64,000 nt of DNA from Candidatus Yanofskybacteria bacterium (GCA_016181175.1 JACOZV010000001.1:75778-139777); one strand, 5' to 3'; shown: positions 48,079 through 58,640, counted from the stretch's first letter. The notes: generated by a model not told the origin, from the letters alone. Translations and numbers: made by a program.

Positions 48079-51000
48079 TTAAATCTCTTTTAACTCTATA
48101 TTCAACCCCAATCCTTTTATTTCTGACAGCAGCACCTTAAATGATTCTGGTAGGTGCGGAGCCCTGATTTCTTCTCCCTCAACTATTGCTTCGTATGTTT
48201 TTGCACGTCCTTGAACATCATCGGATTTGATGGTTAGCATTTCTTGCAATGTGTGAGCTGCTCCATAACCTTCAAGTGCCCAGACCTCCATTTCTCCAAA
48301 TCTTTGACCGCCAAATTGAGCTTTGCCGCCCAATGGCTGCTGTGTGATCAATGAATACGGGCCGATAGAACGCATGTGCATCTTGTCTTCTACCATGTGC
48401 ATCAGTTTCATGAAGTAGATAACCCCGACAGTGGTTTTCTGGTGGAATTTTTCTCCAGTGCGGCCATCATAAACGTATATTTTGCCATCTTCGGGCAATC
48501 CGGCTAATCTTAGCTCTTCCTTTATCATGCTTTCTGTTGCACCGCCCATCGCTGGAACCGCGGCTTTGTAGTCTAATTTAGATGCCGCCCAACCAAGATG
48601 GGTTTCTAAAACTTGGCCGATATTCATACGCGAGATTATACCAAGGGGGGATAAGATCATATCGACTGGATGTCCATCTGGTAGATAAGGCATGTCCTCT
48701 TCTGGTAGTATGGTGGATATAACGCCTTTATTTCCATGTCTTCCGGCCAACTTATCTCCGACTTGGACTTTTCTCATTTGTGCGACTGAAACCTGGACAG
48801 TTTTAATAACTCCCGCCTGAAGTTTGTCGCCCTGGTCTCTGGAAAATATTCTTACTCCAACGACGCGCCCAACCTTTCCATAATCTAGAGTTAAAGAGGT
48901 GTCTTTTACGTCTTGTGATTTTTCTCCGAATATTGCTCGCAGCAGTCTTTCTTCGGCGGTCAAATCGCTTTCACCTTTTGGTGAAATTTTACCGACTAAA
49001 ATATCTTGAGAACGTACTTCGGCTCCGATGCGCACAACACCATCCGGATCAAGGTTTTTAAGTTTTTCTTCAGAACGGTTAGGAATATCATAGGTAGTAA
49101 CTTCTGGTCCCAGCTTGGTTTCTCGTACATCTATGGAGTAATCTTCAATGTGGATAGAAGTGAACATGTCCTCCTTGACCAGCTTTTCCGAAAGTACTAC
49201 AGCGTCTTCAAAGTTGGATCCTTCAAATGACATGAAAGCAACGACTAAATTGCGTCCCAAAGCTAATTCCCCATTTCTAGTTGCTGGGCCATCTGCTAAA
49301 ACATCCCCCTTTTTTACCTTCTGGCCTGGTTTTACAATCGGGCGCTGGTTAATTGCAGTGAAGCTGTTTGATTTATTAAATTTCAATAAATTATAATTTA
49401 ATTCCCCTCCTTTATTGGTGCGCAATATAATTTTGGAGCTATCTATTTTTTCAATAGTGCCCGCGTCATCTGCGATTATCATCATGCCCGAATCTCTGGC
49501 AACTCTTTCTTCAAGTCCAGTACCAACGATCGGTTCTTCAGGAGATACAATTGGTACTGCTTGTCGTTGCATGTTGGAACCCATTAGGGCGCGGTTAGCA
49601 TCATCGTTCTCGAGAAACGGAATAAGAGACGTGGCAACAGAAAATGGCTGTTTGGTTGAAACATCGATGTAATCAATTCTGTCGGGTGTAACCAAGTCAG
49701 GTTCACCTTTAACCCTTGACGGTATTTTGGCTTCTGTAAATTTGCCGTTAGAGTCTAATTTGGCGCCAGCATGAGCAATGATAAACCGTTCTTCTTCGGT
49801 AGCATCAAAGTAATCAATTTGTTCTGTAACTTTGCCCTTAGACACCTTGCGATATGGCGAGAGTATGAAACCCAGTGGTGATACTTTGGCATGTAATGAT
49901 AGATGACCAACCAATCCGATGTTCGGACCTTCTGGAGTTTGAATTGGGCAAATTCTTCCATAATGTGAAGGGTGAACGTCGCGTACTTCAAAACTTGCTC
50001 TTTCACGAGTGAGTCCGCCGGGACCGAGTGCCGACAACCTACGTTTGTGTTCCAGCTCTGCAAGCGGGTTAACCTGGTCCATGAATTGAGAGAGCTGACC
50101 AGATGAAAAAAATTCTTTGACTGCAGCAACAAATGGTCGCGAATTTATAAGTTGGCCCGGAACAATAGTCGCTATATCCAAAGTGCTCATGCGGTCTTTT
50201 ATGATTCTTTCCATTCTGGCAAAGGACAGCCTTAATTTATCTTGTAATAATTCCCCGAGAGTTTTTACTCGACGGTTGCCAAGGTGGTCAATGTTATCAG
50301 GTTGGGCAGTGGGATCATTGTTCAAGTGTATCAGCTCCCTCATTATATCTATGATATCTTCCACCTTTAGCACCCTATTCTTCTCGTCTAGTGGATAGTT
50401 CTTTTGAAAACGTTGGTTCATTCGGTAACGTCCCACACGCGAAAGGTCATATCTGGAAAAGTTGAAAAACATGTTGTTGATCATCTGCCTGGCGTTGTCA
50501 ACGGTTGCAGGATCACCCGGCCGAATACGCTTATACATTTCTATTAAACCCTCATCCTGATTTGAGGCGGCGTCGGCAACTATAGTAGAAACGATGTATT
50601 TCATTTCTGGATCGGTATCTACATCTTCAAAAAGTTTTTTAATTTCTTCATCTTTACCTATACCAAAAGCTCTCAAAATAGAAGTTGCCGGAATTTTTCT
50701 TTTGCGGTCGATACGTACAGATATTACACCGCTTGATTCTGTTTCAAATTCAAGCCAGGCTCCCCGAGAGGGTATGATTTTTGCACTAAAAAACCGTTTG
50801 AAACGGCTTAGGCGTGATAACGAAAAGAATGCGCCAGGGCTTCGAATAAGCTGTGAAATCACAACTCTTTCAACCCCGTTAATTACAAAAGTGCCGCGCG
50901 GAGTCATGATTGGAAAATCAGCCAAATAAATTTCCTGCTCATCCAACTTGCCGGTTTTTTTGTTTTTTAGAGATATTTTTACTCGCAGAGGGGCTTCATA

Positions 51001-51231
51001 GGTGATATTTTTTTCTCTGGCAACTTGTTCGCTGAATTTCGGTTCTTCCAATTTAAAATCCAAAAATCTTAGTTCTAAATCTTTGTTGGTCCAGTCTTCA
51101 ATAGGAGAAATATCATTGAGAAGTTCTTTTAAGCCAACATTTAAAAACCATTGATAAGAATCAAGTTGAACCTGAACCAGGTTCGGTGGCTCAAAAGTAT
51201 CCGGGGCGTATTTTGATAGTATTTTGCGCAT
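48079..51231 (-). CDS. rpoB: DNA-directed RNA polymerase subunit beta (1050 aa, compact)
   Basis: Canonical rpoB blocks (…GPNIGLVGHLS…, …RHGNKGVIS…, …GQRFGEMEVWALE…). Confidence 0.95.
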   Translation of the reverse strand: MRKILSKYAPDTFEPPNLVQVQLDSYQWFLNVGLKELLNDISPIEDWTNKDLELRFLDFKLEEPKFSEQVAREKNITYEAPLRVKISLKNKKTGKLDEQEIYLADFPIMTPRGTFVINGVERVVISQLIRSPGAFFSLSRLSRFKRFFSAKIIPSRGAWLEFETESSGVISVRIDRKRKIPATSILRAFGIGKDEEIKKLFEDVDTDPEMKYIVSTIVADAASNQDEGLIEMYKRIRPGDPATVDNARQMINNMFFNFSRYDLSRVGRYRMNQRFQKNYPLDEKNRVLKVEDIIDIMRELIHLNNDPTAQPDNIDHLGNRRVKTLGELLQDKLRLSFARMERIIKDRMSTLDIATIVPGQLINSRPFVAAVKEFFSSGQLSQFMDQVNPLAELEHKRRLSALGPGGLTRERASFEVRDVHPSHYGRICPIQTPEGPNIGLVGHLSLHAKVSPLGFILSPYRKVSKGKVTEQIDYFDATEEERFIIAHAGAKLDSNGKFTEAKIPSRVKGEPDLVTPDRIDYIDVSTKQPFSVATSLIPFLENDDANRALMGSNMQRQAVPIVSPEEPIVGTGLEERVARDSGMMIIADDAGTIEKIDSSKIILRTNKGGELNYNLLKFNKSNSFTAINQRPIVKPGQKVKKGDVLADGPATRNGELALGRNLVVAFMSFEGSNFEDAVVLSEKLVKEDMFTSIHIEDYSIDVRETKLGPEVTTYDIPNRSEEKLKNLDPDGVVRIGAEVRSQDILVGKISPKGESDLTAEERLLRAIFGEKSQDVKDTSLTLDYGKVGRVVGVRIFSRDQGDKLQAGVIKTVQVSVAQMRKVQVGDKLAGRHGNKGVISTILPEEDMPYLPDGHPVDMILSPLGIISRMNIGQVLETHLGWAASKLDYKAAVPAMGGATESMIKEELRLAGLPEDGKIYVYDGRTGEKFHQKTTVGVIYFMKLMHMVEDKMHMRSIGPYSLITQQPLGGKAQFGGQRFGEMEVWALEGYGAAHTLQEMLTIKSDDVQGRAKTYEAIVEGEEIRAPHLPESFKVLLSEIKGLGLNIELKEI

Positions 51232-51351
51232 CCCGTACGAGACAGGAAATGCTTAAGCATTTCCGTTGATTATAATTTATCCCTTAGAAACAGCTTTGAT
51301 TTTATTTATCCGCCAGGTTATCCAAAAAAGTTCTTGCTGTCTCGTTCGGGA
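51232..51351 (-). promoter_or_regulatory. rpoB 5' leader element: CCTGTCTCGTACGGG-ATG start module plus GGAAATGCTTAAGCATTTCC hairpin, with an inverted partner (CTGTCTCGTTCGGGA) about 100 nt upstream
   Basis: Minus-strand mRNA reads GGAAATGCTTAAGCATTTCCTGTCTCGTACGGGATGCGCAAA…; the same module recurs at ssb, rplD and 56825. Confidence 0.55.
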
Positions 51352-51485
51352 CGCATAAGAACACAAAAACACCTCAACCCCGCTTAGCGGGGACGAATTA
51401 AAAACCTGCTCTCTTTAATTTTGCGAGATATCAGTTTCCACCCTTAGATATACAAATCTGGTAACTAGCAATTAGCAACTGGCGA

Positions 51486-51746
51486 CTAGATTTGTATACC
51501 CGCAACGAAAGCGGCGATTATTTTGTAAGAAGTGCTGTCTTGGCCGAGATCGCTATGTATTTTATAGCTTTTTAATGACTTGACGTCAATGTTATTCCTT
51601 TTCAGAAGCTTGTCAAGATTAGTTATCAACACATCACTAAGATCATGATAATACTTTGCAGTTTGTAAGTCAAGCATGCGACCGTCTTGCTGAAGTTCTA
51701 ATCTAAAATCCTCGGCACGTAAAACTATGATTAGGTCTAATTTCAT
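51486..51746 (-). CDS. Hypothetical small protein, possibly a TsaB/YeaZ-like N-terminal fragment
   Basis: 86 aa; weak resemblance only (…YKIHSDLGQDSTSYKIIAAFVAGI). Confidence 0.3.
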   Translation of the reverse strand: MKLDLIIVLRAEDFRLELQQDGRMLDLQTAKYYHDLSDVLITNLDKLLKRNNIDVKSLKSYKIHSDLGQDSTSYKIIAAFVAGIQI

Positions 51747-51821
51747 TGGTAAGACTTTATCAAAAAATTCCCGTGTTTACAAGATTTTGCTTTTTATTTT
51801 TAGTTTTTATACAATTAGATT

Positions 51822-54098
51822 GTGAAGCGCAAACTCAAAAGCCCGAAAAGAGTTTTAAAAAAGTCGGTAGAAGCCCAGGAGGTTTTGGGGTTGTCGCAGG
51901 AGACCAAGAATGGCATCTGGGGCGTGGCATCTTTGGGGCTGGCCATAGTTAGCACTTTGGCCTTTTTTCATAAGGCAGGCAGTGCGGGTGAACTTTTTGC
52001 GTCAGCCGCCAAGTCGTTGTTTGGTTGGGGCATATTTTTGGTGCCGCTTGGTCTGGCCATGCTTGGCGTGGCATTTCTTAAATCAATTTCGCGCAAGATA
52101 TATTCAAGCGCTATTATTGGCACAGTGCTTTTTGTCTTGGGGTTTTTGGCAGTCTTTCATGTTTTAGGCAATGGAGATTTGGCGGTTCGCATGCATCAAG
52201 GCGGATATCTTGGTTTAATTATCGGTTTTCCCATATTAAAAGCAGTCGGCTTTACTTCTTCATTCGTGGTATTGCTGATTTTGCTTTTTGTTTCGGTTTT
52301 AATAGCACTCAACATTCCCGTCCATAAACTAATATTGCGCAAGAACGAGGGCACAGAAGAAAACGAAGAGGAACAAGTTTTGAAAGATAATGTGGTAATA
52401 AAAAGAGGAACTCAAATTGTAGATATAAAAGCGGAAGAAGCGGCCGCAGTCGCAAAGGCCAAGGCTCAAGCATCTGCCCCCAAGGCGCAAACAGTAGCCA
52501 AGCACGACGAGGAAGAAAGGGAATTTATCATCAAAACATCGCGATCAGGCAAGTGGATCCTACCGCCTATTGAAATTTTGAATTCGGACAAAGACCAGCC
52601 GCGTTCCGGTGACATAAACGCCAACGTTTCCATTATTAAACGCACTCTTGCCAACTTCGGTATTGATGTTGAGATGGGCGAAGTTTCTATCGGTCCGGCG
52701 GTGACCCAGTTTACCTTGCGTCCGGCAGTTGGTGTTAAACTTGCCAAGATTACCACCTTGAGAAATGACCTCGAGCTTGCTTTAGCGGCGCATCCGATTC
52801 GTATTGAAGCGCCGATTCCGGGCAAGGCGTTAGTCGGGGTTGAGGTGCCGAATAAAAAATCGGCAATAGTGGGGCTGCGCGACATGTTTGAGTCGGAAGA
52901 ATTCAAGAAAAGCAAATATTTTTTACCGATTGCGGTTGGGCGTGATGTTGCCGGTTTTCCTGTTTTTGCGGGACTCGAGAAGATGCCACACCTGTTGATT
53001 GCGGGAGCCACGGGTACCGGCAAGTCCGTTTCCATTAACACCCTTTTGCTCTCGCTTTTATACAAACATTCGCCGGACACTTTGAAATTCATAATGGTTG
53101 ACCCTAAACGCGTTGAACTCTCCCTTTATAATGGTATTCCTCATCTTATTACACCCGTTATTGTCGATTCTAAAAAAGTTGTAAACGCTTTACGCTGGGC
53201 TGTCAGAGAAATGGAAAAGCGCTATGAGCGGCTGTCCATGTCTGGTTCGCGCGATATATTTTCTTTCAACATAAGACAAGCCGCGGCTAAAGAAGATCTA
53301 ATGCCGGTTATTGTTATAGTCATTGATGAATTGGCTGATTTGATGGCGGCTCATGGTCGCGATGTTGAAGCGGCGATTGTCCGACTTGCCCAAATGGCTC
53401 GTGCTGTTGGCATACATTTGATCGTCTCAACTCAACGGCCTTCGGTTGAGGTAATAACCGGTTTAATCAAGGCCAATATTACGTCCCGCATCGGTTTGCA
53501 AGTTGCTTCACAAGTAGACTCACGTACTATTTTGGACATGTCTGGCGCGGAAAAATTGTTGGGTAACGGCGATATGCTATATCTTGCCGGCGACGTGTCA
53601 AAACCGCGTCGAATTCAGGGTTCATTTGTGAGCGAGAAAGAAGTAAAGGACGTGGTTAAGTTTATCAAGCAACAAGCGGAACAACTTGACGAGGAAATCG
53701 GGGAAGAAAAAGAGGAAGAACTGAAACTTGATCCCGATGAGGTCGTGACAAGCACGGCTGGCGTTGATGGCGGCAATATGGGCGATGATCTGTTTAATGA
53801 CGCCAAAGAAGTGGTGGCTCAAGCCGGTAAGGCCTCGGCATCTTTACTCCAGCGTCGGCTTCGCGTAGGGTACGCACGAGCGGCCCGACTTTTGGATCTG
53901 CTTGAAGAAAAAGGAATTATTGGTCCGGGCGAAGGCGCCAAACCAAGGGAAGTATATATTGGCCCTTCGGTGGGCTCAGGACTAGGAAAGGGCGGCGGCG
54001 TGCCTCCGACACAAGACAACTTTGTAGATGATGGTTCGGTGGCCGAAGTCGTATCGTCTGATTCAAAGCTAGACGATAAAATTGCGGTTGAAGAATAG
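51822..54098 (+). CDS. ftsK: DNA translocase FtsK/SpoIIIE
   Basis: N-terminal TM helices; Walker A GATGTGKS; FtsK motor blocks; C-terminal gamma (winged-helix) region. Confidence 0.9.
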   Translation: MKRKLKSPKRVLKKSVEAQEVLGLSQETKNGIWGVASLGLAIVSTLAFFHKAGSAGELFASAAKSLFGWGIFLVPLGLAMLGVAFLKSISRKIYSSAIIGTVLFVLGFLAVFHVLGNGDLAVRMHQGGYLGLIIGFPILKAVGFTSSFVVLLILLFVSVLIALNIPVHKLILRKNEGTEENEEEQVLKDNVVIKRGTQIVDIKAEEAAAVAKAKAQASAPKAQTVAKHDEEEREFIIKTSRSGKWILPPIEILNSDKDQPRSGDINANVSIIKRTLANFGIDVEMGEVSIGPAVTQFTLRPAVGVKLAKITTLRNDLELALAAHPIRIEAPIPGKALVGVEVPNKKSAIVGLRDMFESEEFKKSKYFLPIAVGRDVAGFPVFAGLEKMPHLLIAGATGTGKSVSINTLLLSLLYKHSPDTLKFIMVDPKRVELSLYNGIPHLITPVIVDSKKVVNALRWAVREMEKRYERLSMSGSRDIFSFNIRQAAAKEDLMPVIVIVIDELADLMAAHGRDVEAAIVRLAQMARAVGIHLIVSTQRPSVEVITGLIKANITSRIGLQVASQVDSRTILDMSGAEKLLGNGDMLYLAGDVSKPRRIQGSFVSEKEVKDVVKFIKQQAEQLDEEIGEEKEEELKLDPDEVVTSTAGVDGGNMGDDLFNDAKEVVAQAGKASASLLQRRLRVGYARAARLLDLLEEKGIIGPGEGAKPREVYIGPSVGSGLGKGGGVPPTQDNFVDDGSVAEVVSSDSKLDDKIAVEE

Positions 54099-54141
54099 CG
54101 TTAAATAAATACATCGTTGGGAGGCGATAGTATTTGTAGTT

Positions 54142-55176
54142 ATGGTAAAAGAAAAAGGTAAAAAGGAGGAAAAAACAGCAAGGACAGATGTTGCGAATCG
54201 CGGTGTTGATTTAGCCATTAAAGAGATACAGGAAAAATACGGCGATGGCTCAATTATGAAGTTGGGTGATGCACGCAAGGTTGATGTGGATGTGATACCT
54301 ACAGGTTCGATTTCGCTTGATCTTGCGCTTGGTGTCGGTGGTATACCGCGAGGCCGCGTTACTGAGGTCTACGGGCCCGAATCAAGCGGAAAAACTACAC
54401 TGGCCCTACATCTTGTTTCTGAAGTTCAGAAAATGGGTGGTGTGGCCGCTTATGTTGATGCCGAGCACGCGCTGGACCCGGACTATGCCAAAAAAATTGG
54501 TGTTAGGGTTAATGATCTTTTGATTTCCCAGCCCGATACCGGTGAACAGGCTCTTGAAATAGTCGAAACATTGGTGCGTTCGGGTGGTATACAGCTTGTC
54601 GTGGTGGATTCAGTCGCAGCGCTTACGCCGCGGGCCGAGATTGAAGGCGAAATGGACCAACAGCATATGGGTTTGCAGGCGCGGTTGATGTCTCACGCTT
54701 TGCGTAAACTGACGGGCATAGTATCTAAAACCAATACGGCGGTTTTATTTATAAATCAAATCAGACAAAAGATCGGAATTATGTTTGGCAATCCCGAGAC
54801 AACGCCAGGTGGTTTGGCGTTGAAATTCTATTCTTCTGTAAGAGTTGAAATCCGCCGCGCGGCGCAAATACAGTCAGCCGAGAAAATTATTGGCAATCGC
54901 GTTAAGGTTAAAATTGTAAAAAACAAAGTTGCCGCGCCGTTCAGGGTTGCCGAGTTCGACATACTTTATAATGAAGGTATCTCCCGCCATGCGGATCTGG
55001 TAAATACCGGCGTAGTGCTTGGCGTGGTTGCAAAAAGTGGTGCGTGGTACAACTTCGGCGAACAACGTCTTGGCCAGGGCATTGATGGCGCCCGACTGTT
55101 CCTGAAGGAAAACCCCAAAGTAGAAAAGGAAATTCTCGGAGCCGTTAAAAAGGCCGCGGCGGTCAAAGAAGCGTAG
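54142..55176 (+). CDS. recA: Recombinase RecA
   Basis: GPESSGKTT Walker A, canonical RecA blocks throughout. Confidence 0.95.
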   Translation: MVKEKGKKEEKTARTDVANRGVDLAIKEIQEKYGDGSIMKLGDARKVDVDVIPTGSISLDLALGVGGIPRGRVTEVYGPESSGKTTLALHLVSEVQKMGGVAAYVDAEHALDPDYAKKIGVRVNDLLISQPDTGEQALEIVETLVRSGGIQLVVVDSVAALTPRAEIEGEMDQQHMGLQARLMSHALRKLTGIVSKTNTAVLFINQIRQKIGIMFGNPETTPGGLALKFYSSVRVEIRRAAQIQSAEKIIGNRVKVKIVKNKVAAPFRVAEFDILYNEGISRHADLVNTGVVLGVVAKSGAWYNFGEQRLGQGIDGARLFLKENPKVEKEILGAVKKAAAVKEA

Positions 55177-55191
55177 TTCCATCAACAAAAT

Positions 55192-55226
55192 AAAATCTCC
55201 ACCGATCGGTGGAGATTTTATTTTTT
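55192..55226. terminator. Bidirectional rho-independent terminator between recA (+) and rpsR (-)
   Basis: AAAATCTCCACCGATCGGTGGAGATTTT followed by ATTTTTT. Confidence 0.8.
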
Positions 55227-55430
55227 AAGAGTTTGTAATTTTGTATATGGCATGAGTCCCATATATCTGGCATTTTTAACTGCGTTGGCTACCATGCGCT
55301 GGTGCTTCTGGCACAAGCCGGTGCGGACCGAAGAAGAAATCTTAAACTGGCCCGAAACAAATTTGCGGAGTATATCCGTGTTTTTATAATCAACATAATT
55401 AATTTTTTCCTGACAAGCGGAACAAACCAT
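55218..55430 (-). CDS. rpsR: 30S ribosomal protein S18
   Basis: 70 aa; …YKNTDILRKFVSGQFKI…RMVANAVKNARYMGLMPY. Confidence 0.9.
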   Translation of the reverse strand: MVCSACQEKINYVDYKNTDILRKFVSGQFKISSSVRTGLCQKHQRMVANAVKNARYMGLMPYTKLQTLKK

Positions 55431-55440
55431 GCTTGGGTGA

Positions 55441-55540
55441 ATTTTTAATTTCCAATTTTTAATTTTTAAATAAATCTTAATGTTTTAATTTTTAAACATT
55501 AGAAATTATTTATAAAATTATAAAATTAAAAATTATAAAA
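55441..55540. repeat. AT-rich palindromic hairpin repeat (family A), inverted copy between ssb and rpsR
   Basis: Reverse complement is about 95 percent identical to 37306..37410. Confidence 0.75.
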
Positions 55541-56060
55541 TCTCTTTTTCTTCAATATCGCTATCAGAAATTATCGGGTCACTGGTAATGGGTGCATCCT
55601 CATTTATAACAGGTATGTCTTCTTCTTTCACTCCATTAGAAATTGCGCCCGCGCTTTGCGCGCCCGAAGGGCCTTTGGGCGGGCTATTTCTAACGGGGTT
55701 CACCTCATTGTTATATGAGCCCGTTCCCATTGCCTTGGGTCCCAACTGCATGCCATCAGCAACAATCTCCGTTCGATATCTTTTTACTCCATCTTGGCCT
55801 TGCCAAGTTCTTGTTTGGAGACGCCCCTCAAAAAGCGCCAACTGTCCCTTGCGCAAGTATTTTGAAATTACGTCGGCAAGTCCACCCCAAGCTGTTACGG
55901 TGTGAAATTCAACCTGTTCTTGTTTTTCACCTGTTGCGCGGTTGTTCCAGACACGATTTGTAGCCAATCTAACAGTGACAACCATTTGTCCCGATTGTGT
56001 TGTCCTTGATTCCGGGTCAGCCGCTAACCTGCCGATTAAAAATACTTTGTTCAGATTCAT
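55533..56060 (-). CDS. ssb: Single-stranded DNA-binding protein; true start MNLNKV…, since the upstream in-frame extension is encoded by the repeat module
   Basis: OB-fold MNLNKVFLIGRLAADPESRTTQSGQMVVTVRLATNRVWNN…, Gly/Pro-rich linker, acidic C-terminal tail DSDIEEKEIL. Confidence 0.9.
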   Translation of the reverse strand: MNLNKVFLIGRLAADPESRTTQSGQMVVTVRLATNRVWNNRATGEKQEQVEFHTVTAWGGLADVISKYLRKGQLALFEGRLQTRTWQGQDGVKRYRTEIVADGMQLGPKAMGTGSYNNEVNPVRNSPPKGPSGAQSAGAISNGVKEEDIPVINEDAPITSDPIISDSDIEEKEIL

Positions 56061-56106
56061 CCCGTACGAGACAGGAAATGATTTATCTGAGTAAATCATT
56101 TCCGTG
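56061..56106 (-). promoter_or_regulatory. ssb translation-initiation module: GGAAATGATTTA-loop-TAAATCATTTCC hairpin plus CCTGTCTCGTACGGG-ATG
   Basis: Minus-strand RNA reads CACGGAAATGATTTACTCAGATAAATCATTTCCTGTCTCGTACGGGATGAATCTG. Confidence 0.55.
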
Positions 56107-56134
56107 CCCATTTAATCTACTTTATTAATCCCGC

Positions 56135-56638
56135 CTAGATAACCATCGTAACCATTTCTTGTTCAAGTTGCTGTTTTTCCGCTTCGGTTTTTTCTTTGGC
56201 TGGTTTTTTGGCTATTTCCGCTGTGGCCGGTTCATGTGTTTTTATTCTTGGCCTGGATCGGTATTGTCCCAAAATTCTTAATTCCTTACCCTCGTCCGGC
56301 TTTTTAAGAAGCAGATATCTCAATATGCCGCCCTGCAATTTTATTTGAGAATTTATTTTTTCTATTGTTTCAGTCGGTGCTGAAAAATCCAATATGCCAA
56401 AGTTGGCATATTGTTTGTTTTTTATCATATATGACAGATGCACGCGTTGGGGAACTTTAGAAGTTAAAATTGAACCGCCGGCCTGTGTTACTAAGGCAGA
56501 AAGTTCCTGTGTTTGCGCCTTAATATCAATCTCTTCGAGATCAGGACCTAAGTGATAAGCAAGCTCATAGGTTTTCGGTTGTATATCAGCTTCCGTCATC
56601 TTGGGAAAAAGGTTAGCAGAATTTATCGTTAGAGTCAA
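56135..56638 (-). CDS. rpsF: 30S ribosomal protein S6 (rpsF-ssb-rpsR operon)
   Basis: …KTYELAYHLGPDLEE…QRVHLSYMIKNKQYANFGILDF… S6 fold; operon context; start codon uncertain (M1 or M14). Confidence 0.75.
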   Translation of the reverse strand: MTLTINSANLFPKMTEADIQPKTYELAYHLGPDLEEIDIKAQTQELSALVTQAGGSILTSKVPQRVHLSYMIKNKQYANFGILDFSAPTETIEKINSQIKLQGGILRYLLLKKPDEGKELRILGQYRSRPRIKTHEPATAEIAKKPAKEKTEAEKQQLEQEMVTMVI

Positions 56639-56692
56639 ATTTTTGCGGGGGTTGAATTAGTTTTGCTGGTTTGATATAAATAAAAGTAATGA

Positions 56693-56824
56693 ATCCCGAA
56701 CGAGACAGCCCTTGTCAACGGCATGGAAAGGTTGCGGCGGCTATCTAATTGGTGATTTATAAAGTTAATTTAAATAGACACGGAAATGATTTACTCAGAT
56801 AAAACATTTCCTGTCTCGTACGGG
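56693..56824 (+). promoter_or_regulatory. Leader of gene 56825: inverted partner ATCCCGAACGAGACAGC (56693-56709), hairpin GGAAATGATTTACTCAGATAAAACATTTCC, then CCTGTCTCGTACGGG-ATG
   Basis: Same module architecture as at rpoB, ssb and rplD. Confidence 0.5.
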
Positions 56825-57181
56825 ATGAATTTTAATCGATTAAAAGAATTAGTTGGTAAATTGGGCGGGCTTTTGGTGTTGGACGGTGATAAGCCTGAGT
56901 TGGTGGTATTGACATACAAAAAATATCAAGAAATTGAAACCGGAGAGGAAGTGGCCATTTCTAATCCTAATCGGAATGGAGCAGACGAAGGAAGTATTTT
57001 GAGCGGCGAAGGCGGCGAAGATGGTAGTGACGACGACAGAAAAACTCTTGATCAGTTAAACCAAGAGATACTTGCATTAAAAGAAGAGATAAGACAAAAA
57101 GAGGAGGCTGAATTGATTGGAAATGGACAAGTGACGGAACCGATAGCCGAAATTGTTGACCCCGCACCTTTTTTGGACTAG
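56825..57181 (+). CDS. Hypothetical protein with a Phd/YefM-antitoxin-like N-terminal fold and an acidic coiled-coil C-terminus
   Basis: MNFNRLKELVGKLGGLLVLDGDKPELVVLTYKKYQEIE resembles Phd/YefM; start set at the module ATG rather than the upstream in-frame extension MIYSDKTFPVSYG. Confidence 0.45.
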   Translation: MNFNRLKELVGKLGGLLVLDGDKPELVVLTYKKYQEIETGEEVAISNPNRNGADEGSILSGEGGEDGSDDDRKTLDQLNQEILALKEEIRQKEEAELIGNGQVTEPIAEIVDPAPFLD

Positions 57182-57227
57182 CGCTCCGCGCCAAAATTTA
57201 AAAAAGTTGTCCACAAAAGGTGCGGGG
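57160..57227 (+). repeat. Family-B hairpin (CCCCGCACCTTTTTT … AAAAGGTGCGGGG) overlapping the stop of the upstream gene and abutting the tuf promoter -35
   Basis: 13-bp inverted-repeat termini identical to the 23S insert at 35152..35273; interior begins TTGGACTAGCGC (compare TTGACACTAGTGC in the 23S copy). Confidence 0.6.
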
Positions 57228-57256
57228 TTGACTTTGATTAGGCCTTGTTCTATAAT
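57228..57256 (+). promoter_or_regulatory. Consensus sigma70 promoter upstream of tuf
   Basis: TTGACT-17 nt-TATAAT (perfect -35 and -10 hexamers). Confidence 0.7.
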
Positions 57257-57369
57257 GGTTTTACTTGTCTTTTTTTAATAATAAGAAGGTTACAGGTAGC
57301 GGTTCCAGGTGTCAGTAAAGTTAATTGACTGAAAACTGCAAACTCTTCTCTGTAAACTAAAGAACGCAA

Positions 57370-58572
57370 ATGGCAGGAAAATTTGAGAGATCAAAGCCGC
57401 ACTTGAATGTCGGCACAATTGGTCACGTTGACCATGGTAAAACCACCTTGACGGCGGCTATTTTACACACGCTAGATCTTTTTAAAGATGAGGGCTATGG
57501 TGCTCGCGTTGAAAAAGTTGATCAGATTGATAATGCCCCTGAAGAAAAAGCTCGCGGTATTACTATCGCATTGCATCATTCAGAGTATGAAACACCGAAA
57601 CGTCACTATGCTCACGTTGATGCTCCTGGTCACCAGGATTATATCAAGAACATGATTACGGGCGCTGCCCAAATGGACGGTGCGGTTTTAGTTGTGGCTG
57701 CAACAGACGGTCCGATGCCGCAAACCCGTGAACACATTTTGCTTGCTAGACAAGTTGGCGTGCCTTACGTAATGGTCTTTTTAAATAAGGTAGATCAGGT
57801 TGACGATCCAGAAATGCTTGATCTGGTTGAAGCTGAAATACGTGAGCTTCTGAACAAATATCAATTTCCCGGAGATAAAACGCCCATAGTCAGGGGTTCG
57901 GCTCTGAAGGCTCTTGATGCCAAGAGCAAAGACGATCCGTCTCTCAAATCAATCAAGGAACTTATTGATACGCTTGATTCATATATTCCTGATCCAGTTA
58001 GAGAAATAGAAAAACCGTTCCTGATGCCTGTGGAAGACATCTTTTCTATAGAAGGTCGTGGCACTGTTGTTACTGGTCGTATTGAGCGTGGAAAAGTTAA
58101 GGTTAACGAAGAAATTGAAGTGGTTGGTATTACTCCTACTCAGAAAACCGTAGTAACTGGTATAGAAATGTTCAACAAACAGTTAGATGAAGGAATGGCA
58201 GGGGATAATGCTGGCATACTGTTAAGGGGTCTTAAAAAAGAAGATGTGTCCCGTGGCCAGGTACTCTCTAAACCAGGTTCAATAACCCCGCATACAGAAT
58301 TTGATGCGGAGGTTTATGTTTTGTCTAAAGAAGAAGGTGGCAGGCATACGCCGTTTTTCAAGGGTTACAAACCGCAATTTTACTTTAGAACAACCGATGT
58401 TACAGGGGATGTTACTTTGCCTGAGGGAACAGAAATGGTTATGCCTGGAGATACAGTTAACTTGAAAATTAAACTTATTGCCCCGATTGCTATGGAAGAA
58501 AAGCAACGCTTTGCTATTAGAGAAGGGGGAAAGACAGTAGGTGCAGGCGTTGTCACAAGAGTTATAGTATAA
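57370..58572 (+). CDS. tuf: Elongation factor Tu
   Basis: [23 protein letters not shown]-motifs; 400 aa. Confidence 0.97.
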   Translation: MAGKFERSKPHLNVGTIGHVDHGKTTLTAAILHTLDLFKDEGYGARVEKVDQIDNAPEEKARGITIALHHSEYETPKRHYAHVDAPGHQDYIKNMITGAAQMDGAVLVVAATDGPMPQTREHILLARQVGVPYVMVFLNKVDQVDDPEMLDLVEAEIRELLNKYQFPGDKTPIVRGSALKALDAKSKDDPSLKSIKELIDTLDSYIPDPVREIEKPFLMPVEDIFSIEGRGTVVTGRIERGKVKVNEEIEVVGITPTQKTVVTGIEMFNKQLDEGMAGDNAGILLRGLKKEDVSRGQVLSKPGSITPHTEFDAEVYVLSKEEGGRHTPFFKGYKPQFYFRTTDVTGDVTLPEGTEMVMPGDTVNLKIKLIAPIAMEEKQRFAIREGGKTVGAGVVTRVIV

Positions 58573-58574
58573 AA

Positions 58575-58618
58575 ATAACCACGCCCTTGAGCTTATGGCT
58601 CAAGGGCGTGGTTATTTG
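58575..58618 (+). terminator. Hairpin terminator/attenuator between tuf and rpsJ
   Basis: ATAACCACGCCCTTGAGC-TTATG-GCTCAAGGGCGTGGTTAT followed by TTG. Confidence 0.65.
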
Positions 58619-58640
58619 AAGTTCTTTTTGTACCATTAAA

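Noticed and set aside
55533-57181. N-terminal extensions MGTEMIYSDKSFPVSYG (ssb ORF) and MIYSDKTFPVSYG (56786 ORF)
   Set aside because: Both are read-through translation of the repeated GGAAATGATTTA…TTTCCTGTCTCGTACGGG module upstream of the real ATG, and are not part of the proteins.
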